A stretch of 64,000 bases of DNA from Macrostomum lignano (lineage: Eukaryota). Both the position numbers and the translations under genes were made by a program. Under the pieces are notes generated by a model. That model ran no database searches and was not told the DNA's origin. It saw only the letters and a list, made by a program, of their open reading frames with translations. This document shows positions 54,301 through 64,000 of the stretch, piece after piece (within the stretch, counting starts at the first letter, position 1; the number at the start of each line of letters is the position of its first letter). The stretch is from assembly GCA_002269645.1 (NCBI GenBank), contig NIVC01000406.1, positions 1 through 64,000 on the forward strand. The letters run 5' to 3'.

Positions 54301-55048
54301 CTGCTCCCTGCATCTTCCTGTGCTCCATGCACCTCACCTGCTCCCTACATCTCCCTGCTCCCTGCATATTACTCTGCTCCCTGCATCTCACCTGCTCCCT
54401 GCATCTCCCTGCTCCCTACATCTCACCTGCTCCCTGCATCTCCCTGCTCCCTGCATCTCTCCTGCTCCCTGCATCTCCCTGCTCCCTACATCTCACCTGC
54501 TCCCTGCATCTCCCTGCATCTCCCTGCTCCCTGCATCTCTCCTGCATCTCCCTGCATCTCCCTGCTCCCTGCATCTCCGCTGCTCGCACACCCCCCCCCA
54601 CTGACAATGTCCGGCTCTCCCGCAGATGGCCGACTTCGGCTGGTCGGTGCACTCGCCGGGCTCAAACAGGACCACCGTGTGCGGCACCCCGGACTACCTG
54701 CCGCCAGAGATGATCGCCAACAAGCTCTACGATCACCGGGTGGACATCTGGGCCACCGGGGTCCTGACCTACGAGTTCCTTCGCGGTGCGCCGCCATTCT
54801 ACGACAGCAACGACCAGTTGAAAATGTCGAAAATTGTTCGCGGCAAATTTGACTGGCCAAAATTCTTTCAACCGTTGGCGAAATCTTTTATCGGCTCCAT
54901 TCTGCGAGTCAATCCTGACGAACGGGCCAGCGTCCAGCAGCTCATGTCGCATGCTTGGATTGAGAACTTCGCCGAGAAGGTGCTGGATCGGGGGCCGAAC
55001 CTCACTGGCGAGGCTGAGCGACTGGCAGCTGCGGGCTCGGCTAACTGA
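51377..55048 (+). CDS. AURKA: Aurora kinase (A-like; subtype not certain), about 576 aa with a long Ala/Ser-rich N-terminus
   Basis: Exons 51377-52192, 52849-53340, 54626-55048, all phase 0. [77 protein letters not shown] are Aurora-specific. KEN box (AKENKRP) in the N-terminus. LYAYF (small residue) is closer to A-type or ancestral than to Aurora B LYNYF. Confidence 0.9.
52320..52790. repeat. 21-bp intronic minisatellite (AAATCTCGGGAATCCCCATCC)
   Basis: Directly visible in Aurora intron 1. Confidence 0.9.
53346..54585. repeat. 18-bp minisatellite CTGCTCCCTGCATCTCC(C/T) with alternating 36-bp dimer
   Basis: Fills almost the entire Aurora intron 2 (53341-54625). Confidence 0.95.
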
Positions 55049-55329
55049 CTGTGCGACTGCGACTGCGAAGCTTGATTTTTATATTTAATTATACTAATCC
55101 TCTTCTTGTCGTGTTTTAATAGCTCCGATAGTATATAAATCTGTTTACCAAGCTGTCTATTGTAGTACCCTAATTATAGTACACACTGCTCTTTAATATA
55201 TCAAACCTATGATTTAAGGATAAAAATAAAATATAATAGAAGTACCGAATATGCAATCAGTCCCGTGGCTGAGTTCTATTTTTGTGAGCTTGAACCCTTT
55301 ATTATGCCATTTGCTAAACCACATACCCC

Positions 55330-55932
55330 AAACTTCACTCCCCAATACCTACTTCACAAACCATCGACCCCACAACCCCTAACCCCACAAACCCAAACCT
55401 CCCAACCCCCAACCCCACAACCCCAAACCCTACAACCTCGCAACCCCTAACCCCAGTTACCCCACAAACCCTCCAAACCCACAAACCCAAACCCCCAACC
55501 CCCAACCCCACAACCCCAAACCCTACAACCTCGCAACCCCTAACCCCAGTTACCCCACAAACCCTCCAAACCCACAAACCCAAACCCCCAACCCTACAAC
55601 CCCCAACCCCGCAAACCCTCCAAACCCACAACCCCCAACCCCACAAACCCTCCAAACCCACAACCCCCAACCCCACAAACCCTCCAAACCCACAAACCCT
55701 CCAAACCCACAACCCCCAACCCCACAAACCCTCCAAACCCACAACCCCCAACCCCACAAACCCTCCAAACCCACAACCCCCAACCCCACAAACCCTCCAA
55801 ACCCACAACCCCCAACCCCACAAACCCTCCAAACCCACAACCCCCAACCCCACAAACCCTCCAAATCCACAACCCCCAACCCCACAAACCCTCCAAACCC
55901 ACAACCTCCAACCCCACAAACCCAACCCCACC
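55330..55932. repeat. C/A-rich minisatellite (about 31-bp CCCCAACCCCACAAACCCTCCAAACCCACAA)
   Basis: Directly visible. Confidence 0.92.
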
Positions 55933-56734
55933 ACGTACCGCCGACCCCAGAAACCCAGCTGATTTTAGGTTACAATTTCTGAAGTACTTTTGCTGTTTAA
56001 ACAAAATCCTCTTTCACAAACAAATTATTTTACGTCTCAGCTGATTGCGCACCTTATTTATATCGTTGCAACAGGCATTTTAAAATAATTAATGCATTTT
56101 GCTAAACCACTGCATTGCAACTGATTTATTGTTTACTTTTATTCCAGTTTTCAGCTCAAATATTGTTTCATTGTGAAAAATTAAAGTGAAACAAAAATCA
56201 GCATTTCGCATGTAACAATGGTGCTTGATTACATTTGCTTTAATTTCTTGCTTTCTAATTTATACATTCAATACCCCTGAGAGTTCACTAATGTGCTTCT
56301 CCTTCTTTACCCTGACAAATATTTTCCCATCAAATGGAAAGTCAAATATCGTTAATTCAAAGCTATTCGATGGTGTGTTTTTTTAGAAAATAAAAGCTTA
56401 AAATAACAAAATAAACGAAATATTATTTTTTAAAGCCGACCGTCTCATTGCTGTTTGAAACTGGAAAACTCAAATCTTACTCTGGTTGATTATTTACTTC
56501 TGTGCCGCTCATTTTATACCGGTTAATTGTAGCACACAACTCTGCACTTCACACACCTTAAATCACACGCACGAACTAACGCACCTGGGCTCACACACAC
56601 ACACACACACTCCTCAACTTACACACTCCCGGTCTCGCACCCAACGTACACAAACCCCAAATCCCACAAACCCAAATAACACAAACTCAACTCACACAAA
56701 CCCAGGGACTACTCAAGTTTGAGTAGTCCCTGCA

Positions 56735-57700
56735 CAAACCCAAATCACACGAACCCAAATCACACAAACCCTAATCACACAAACCCTAATCACACGAACC
56801 CAAATCACACAAACCCTAATCACACAAACCCTAATCACACGAACCCAAATCACACAAACCCTAATCACACAAACCCTAATCACACGAACCCAAATCACAC
56901 AAACCCTAATCACACAAACCCTAATCACACGAACCCAAATCACACGAACCCAAATCACACGAACCCAAATCACACGAACCCAAATCACACAAACCCAAAT
57001 CACACGAACCCAAATCACACAAACCCAAATCACACGAACCCAAATCACACGAACCCAAATCACACAAACCCAAATCACACGAACCCAAATCACACAAACC
57101 CAAATCACACGAACCCAAATCATACAAACCCAAATCACACAAACCCAAATCACACGAACCCAAATCACACGAACCCAAATCACACGAACCCAAATCAAAC
57201 AAACCCAAATCACACAAACCCAAATCACACAAACCCAAATCAAACAAACCCTAATCACACAAACCCAAATCACACGAACCCAAATCATACAAACCCAAAT
57301 CACACGAACCCAAATCAAACAAGCCCCAATCACACGAACCCAAATCAAACAAACCCAAATCACACAAACCCAAATCACACAAACCCAAATCAAACAAACC
57401 CTAATCACACAAACCCAAATCACACGAACCCAAATCATACAAACCCAAATCACACGAACCCAAATCAAACAAGCCCCAATCACACGAACCCAAATCAAAC
57501 AAACCCTAATCACACAAACCCAAATCACACGAACCCAAATCAAACAAGCCCAAATCACACAAACCCAAATCAAACAAACCCTAATCACACAAACCCAAAT
57601 CACACGAACCCTAATCAAACAAACCCAAATCACACGAACACATTCACACGAACCCAAATCACACGAACACATTCACACAAACCCAAATCACACACCAACT
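56735..57700. repeat. 15-bp minisatellite (CACACAAACCCAAAT / CACACGAACCCAAAT)
   Basis: Directly visible; starts just after the stop of the LRR gene (minus strand). Confidence 0.95.
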
Positions 57701-57713
57701 GACACTCAAACTG

Positions 57714-59945
57714 TCAGCAGTCCACACTGTTGGCAGGAAACGCGGCAGTCCACTCCGCCTCTTGATCCATTCCGCATTCGTAGTCGTTGGGCATCTGCCC
57801 CCAGTCCAGCCGCATGTACATGCACACGGCGGCTCGGTTCTCGTAGCAGACGGCCGCTTCTGCCAGTTGCCTGTTGTTCCTGCATCCGCCTTTCTGCCGA
57901 CAGAATCTGCTGCCGGTCCTGTGCAGCCAGCAGCGTAGTAGGATGACGCTTGTTGCAGAAATTGCCGCTAGGAAAATTAAGCCAGCTAGCCAGGTGAAGA
58001 CTTCACTGCTGGACACGCTGGAGAGCGAAGCGTAGGATAGAGACTGCTGGTCTTTGTTCGGGCCTGTTACAGGCACTGTGCTAGCCAAGATGCAGTGCAG
58101 AGTTTGATACTCGGGCATCAGGTGAACTCTGGTTGCTAAGCAGATTCGATAGCCAAGCCGAGGTTGCAGTTGGTTGCAGGTGACTCCAGCTGGCTGCAGT
58201 GAAGTGACTGCCAGCGGAAGGATTCTGCTGTCAGATGATGGAGAGAGGGGCTGATGGCTGTGCTCGGCAGGGCCACACAGTATGGCGTAGTCTGACCAGC
58301 GATGGTCTGCAGCTTCTCGGTGGCTGGTGAAATTGTGAACGCGCACTGTCAGGCTGCTGAGGGTCACCTTGAAATGGGTAGGTTTGAAACTAATTGTGGC
58401 TAAAGATAGTTTGCACTTTTTAAAGGTAAATGGTCAGACACTCAATGTTGATTCCGAACGAAAAAATGATAATAAGGGCTATAAACTAAATGTACATTGT
58501 GAGGGAAGGAATGATAATAAGGGCTATAAACTAAATGTACATTGTGAGGGAAGGAATTACAATAAGGGCTATAAACTAAATGTACATTGTGAGGGAAGGA
58601 ATGATAATAAGGGCTATAAACTAAATGTACATTGTGCGGGAAGGAATTATAATAAGGGCTATAAACTAAATGTACATTGTGAGGGAAGGAATGATAATAA
58701 TGGCTATAAACTAAATGTACATTGTGAGGGAAGGAATGATAATTCTAAGCAAACAAAGATCGAGTAACCCTAAATATCGAGGTTAAATGTTAAAAGTGCC
58801 TGTTTCATCTATCCGCTCGTATACTAATACTGGCTTCACCTGAATCAGTTCAAGCCGAGCGTAACTCCTCTTCACAATAATCCTCACAGCGCGCACGGGC
58901 GCATCGGTGGCATTGTCCCGACGGCTGCCAGATAAAGTACGCTGTTGCCGATTGGATTCCAAAGCAAACACGCACCGATAGAGACCTGTGTGCTGTACAG
59001 AGGCATCAGCTATGAGCAGGTCCTGATCAGCTGTGATTCGCACCCTGTCCCAGACAGACGCTGATGAAGTTGCCTCAGCAGTTGTATCTGGAAGAAGCCA
59101 GCGACCGCGACCTTCCATCGGTGGCAGCGATCGGCAGGGTAGTAGAAGTCGTTGGCCAGGAGCCAAGCGAATCTCAGGTGGAAACAGGTTGGCCAGCGCC
59201 GGTCGCTCAGACCGTCGGCCTGTATGTGCGCGTGTAGTTTTTAAAACAGAGTTTAACAGTAAAACTTGATAAATGGCATTAATACTCGACTCAGGATTGG
59301 TAAAGTCTATGATAAAATCTCCAAGGAGTGTGTGCAGGATCGGTGATGTCTATGGCAACATCTCCAAGGAGTGTGTGCAGGATTGGTGATGTCTATGGCA
59401 ACATCTCCAAGGAGTGTGTGCAGGATTGGTGATGTCTATGGCAACATCTCCAAGGAGCGCTAGCACAGTGAGCCCACAATCATTACCGGCACTCAAACGA
59501 GGTAGCGCTGGACAGTCAATGGCTGCCAGCTCGCTTACGAACTCCAACCTCGGACAGTCGTTCAAGTCCACTCGGCTGAGACGAGGCATCGAGCGAATGG
59601 CTTCAGCGTCAATAAGCAGAAGTCTCCTTGAGCCGTTCATTAGCAGCGTCTCCAGATTAGCCAGGCGAACTAAGCTGTCGCGCTGCAGAGCTTCCAGTTG
59701 GTTGTCGCCGACGTCGAGATGACTCAGGCTGGACAGCATAGCCGGCAGTTTGAGCAGCCGGTTTCCAGATAGCAACAGCCGCTGCAAAGACCAGAGACCT
59801 TGGAGACTGTCAAGGGACAGGTCTGACAGGCGGTTGGCGCTCAGGTCCAGGCTGCGCAGGCTGCTGTTGAGATGCCGGAACACCGCCGGAGGCAGGTAGC
59901 TGAGCTGGTTAGAGTGCAGGGACAGGTGCTCCAGCGAGGTCAGGC
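57714..59945 (-). CDS. LRR-Ig-FN3-transmembrane (LIG family, LRRN-like) receptor, 3' portion
   Basis: Exons 59487-59945 (LRRs LxxLxLxxNxL; phase 1-1), 58840-59219 (Ig: LLPC..W....D.LI......G.Y.C), 57714-58367 (FN3-like Y.ICL, TM WLAGLIFLAAISATSVILL, short tail, TGA). No 5' exons were found in the window. Confidence 0.8.
58465..58745. repeat. 45-bp intronic tandem repeat (about 6 copies)
   Basis: Unit aatgataataagggctataaactaaatgtacattgtgagggaagg. Confidence 0.92.
59319..59457. repeat. 43-bp tandem repeat, 3 copies plus partial
   Basis: Units start at 59319, 59362, 59405, 59448. Confidence 0.92.
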
Positions 59946-60202
59946 CTGCCGTTTGACAGTGAGATCGTCTGTTTACTTCGTGTATATACGGGTGTGGCTC
60001 ACCGACAGGTATATATTTGCCTGTATATGACTCATCCATCCCTTGAAGCGGAACGCACCTAACGACTAACCCATTGTCCTCACCCTATTTTATTACCCAA
60101 TCACAGCATGCCTAGGGAGCTGACGTCACTCGGCTGCTAGGCAACGCAAGTCAATTTAAGGGCAGTTTAAGGGCGCTCTGATCGCATATTTATACCAGAA
60201 AT

Positions 60203-62207
60203 TGATGAGGACGCACTTTTTCCCAAATTCCACGCTAGCACATGGGCTCTAAACTTGCTAGCCTACTAACAGCAGGTTATGGGTATTTTTCTCCATTTTT
60301 CGTAATTTTTCTAGAATTCATACTAGTAGGACTTCTGTAGCTATATATATGAATCTGCCAGACTTGTAGTTATAATAACATAGGCGCGGTTTTTTGCTAC
60401 CTTTGGGGTCATAAATCATTGCTTTTGAGCTGGTCTGACAGCAAACTCAGTGTTGAGACTGGCGCCAGATGGTCTGAGAGGATGCGGGCGGTAGCTTTTT
60501 TCTCATCATTTTGACAGGCCATCAAGATTTATGAGTTCAGGGCCTATTTTTCGGGTTCACTCAAGCGTGTGACAGCTTTGACAGCTATGCGTTTTACCCC
60601 TAAAAGTACGTTGGGATTAGCGATTAGCGATTTCTTTTCATTATCTTCACTTTCTGCTTAATAAGAGCTTTTTAATGTATATTTTTTCATTAATTTTTGT
60701 CATTCCTACGCGAAAAGTAATAAATCATTTTGTTGCGATTTTGATTGATTTATGGCCGCACCGGTCATATTTTTACGACCCCGAGGGAACTGATAGGATC
60801 TCCCGGTCACGTGACTTTGGGTGGCAACAAGCTCAGCCAATCAGAAAATTCGACGCTCATTTTAACAAATCGGCTCAGCCAATCAGAATCGACGTGTTCC
60901 AATTTAACAAACTACGGTCCAGTTGGCGGCTATTTAAACCGCGGTGTTTTTGGCCCGCTCGGACTAACTTTGCAACCCTTTGGGGAGACCGGCCAGGAAC
61001 TTGCTCTCTCATTGGCCCGACCGTCGTTTCTTGATCCCCGGATTGCGACTCCCCCATCATCATCAAGGACGAATTCCCCCGGTCATCAGCAGTGAACATC
61101 AAAGTGAAGAGCATCACCTGCTAGCTATCTGCGAAGGTTGTGACATCAGCATCATCCCGAGTCTACAGCTGCGAAGCACTAAGCCGATTCGGTCACTGTG
61201 GATTACCTGGTCTCAGGCTGTTGAGTTTCTGATTGGTTGGGTGAGAGGCTACCTAGACTTGCTTGATTGGGTAATTCCCTATCTGTCCCCTGTTTCAGTT
61301 AGGATTAGGTGCACACTTTTGCTCATTTTGTTCAGTAGTTCTGTTACTGAGGCAGAAATCATTCAATAATACTGCTAGTAGTCTGAAGCTCCAATTTAAT
61401 CTGAGGTGTGAAGTGATTCAAGGAGAAGGTGAAATCTGATAGATATTTTTATCGGTTTTATTTCTTTGTTCGCCGATGGCTCAGATGAGCGGCTAAGCTA
61501 GTAGGCGCCGGTCATAGTAGACCGATGACAAGGCAGTTCTCAGTCGATCAATCTATCAAATCAGTGAGCGAAACTGCCAGTAGTGCAGAATCGGCGCCAG
61601 AGATGTACTCTGTGCACTCTAGGTTAGCCAAGCGGCTCGGGTGATGAATCATGCGGTCTCTGATGTTCGAGTTAGCCTATCATCAGCGCTAGGAGAGGCT
61701 GGTTGGCGCGTTGAAGGCCAAAAGTACAATTCTTCGTATTTAGCAATGTTATAGTACATGTAGCTACCCCATAGTCTCGCCACTGCAAGAATCCCCTGCA
61801 CAAGTCCCCTCTGTACCTGCATGGCCAATGCGATCAAGTCCCAGCAGTGTCCCTTATCATCGGCTATGACTTCAAGATTGACAGCAAAAAGACACTAGTT
61901 GGCAGGTAAGTGCAAAGCCCCTTCTAGTCGGAAGCCCGATTACGAAAGTTCCGGTTTGGTGAGCCAGGACGTACGGGCTGGTGGCAGCGAGCTAGCTAAT
62001 CTGCGGATTAACTAATTTCTACCTTCAAAATTCTCCTTGCTTGTCTCTCGCTGTCCCTCTCTTAGCTATAGGACCTAGACTGCTCGCCACATGATCAAGC
62101 TACCATGGGGCTGACCATCTGACAGGATTGGGGGCCAGGACTCTAATTGATTTATTTCTGAGACCTGAGGCTTCCCCACAAGGGGGCCGAAAGGCCGAAA
62201 CCCATCA
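60203..62207 (+). mobile_element. Solo LTR (2005 bp), copy 2
   Basis: TGATG...CATCA ends; 4-bp TSD AAAT at 60199-60202 and 62208-62211; colinear with 34390-36218 apart from a divergent, longer segment at about 60950-61190. Confidence 0.8.
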
Positions 62208-62595
62208 AAATCCTGTCCTGACAGTTCTTACTGAATGCAGTACAGATTAAGCCTGATGAAGCATGGCTCGTGTAGTGTAGTAAGTACACGATCGAATTGC
62301 TATCACAGTATAGGACATCGCCTACTACTGAAGAGTAGCAATAATCCGAAGCGAATAACGTTCGCGTGGGCATGTGCATTCCCGCTATAAGTTAAAGAGA
62401 GCTTCGAACGGGTGTTGTCCACAAGAGTGAGGCCCTGCAGAGCTTAACGGTTTTAACTTTGGCTGTCAAATTGTCTTGGGACTCGTTTTGTATCCTTTTA
62501 CAGCAGGGGTCAGCAAAGTCCTTTAAAACCTCACAATAGAAATCCGGCAAGCTCTCCTTAGCTCTCTTCTCTCCTCTCATCTAGCCCGCAGTCAT

Positions 62596-64000
<1,405 letters not shown>

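Noticed and set aside
52939-54852. 637-aa kinase ORF with a long SPAPCI repeat insert
   Set aside because: Read-through of Aurora intron 2. GT at 53341 and AG at 54625 join LK|MADFG in phase 0 and restore a normal kinase domain.

Overview
Eukaryotic (metazoan) genomic DNA with spliceosomal genes. The repeat-filled introns and general style suggest a Macrostomum-like flatworm, but that is inference only. Genes reconstructed by hand from splice sites and frame phases: the 3' part of a LOXHD1-like multi-PLAT gene (+, 1320-23150, 15 exons, about 12 PLAT repeats); a nested antisense neuropeptide precursor inside one of its introns (-, 4245-5033, signal peptide plus 17 copies of AGLLHF-amide); a divergent four-EF-hand calmodulin-like gene (-, 25147-30127); an intronless secreted PAN + ConA/LamG-like gene with a 1-bp frameshift (+, 31525-32485); SERP1/RAMP4 (+); MOCS3/UBA4 (+); an Aurora kinase (+); and the 3' part of an LRR-Ig-FN3-TM (LRRN-like) receptor (-). 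Mobile DNA: two same-family solo LTRs, each with its own 4-bp TSD; an RNase H-type non-LTR element and a relic of a related family; an RTE fragment; two CORE-type SINEs; a TSD-flanked non-coding retroposon; a Gypsy integrase relic; and a minimal hammerhead ribozyme next to a possible Penelope relic. Roughly a quarter to a third of the window (rough hand tally) is tandem repeat, and most long ORFs in the track are repeat artefacts. No CRISPR array, rRNA or intact tRNA is supported. Most interesting: the nested AGLLHFamide precursor, the hammerhead, and an E-box/CCAAT tandem array upstream of Aurora whose motif spacing mirrors that in the LTRs.
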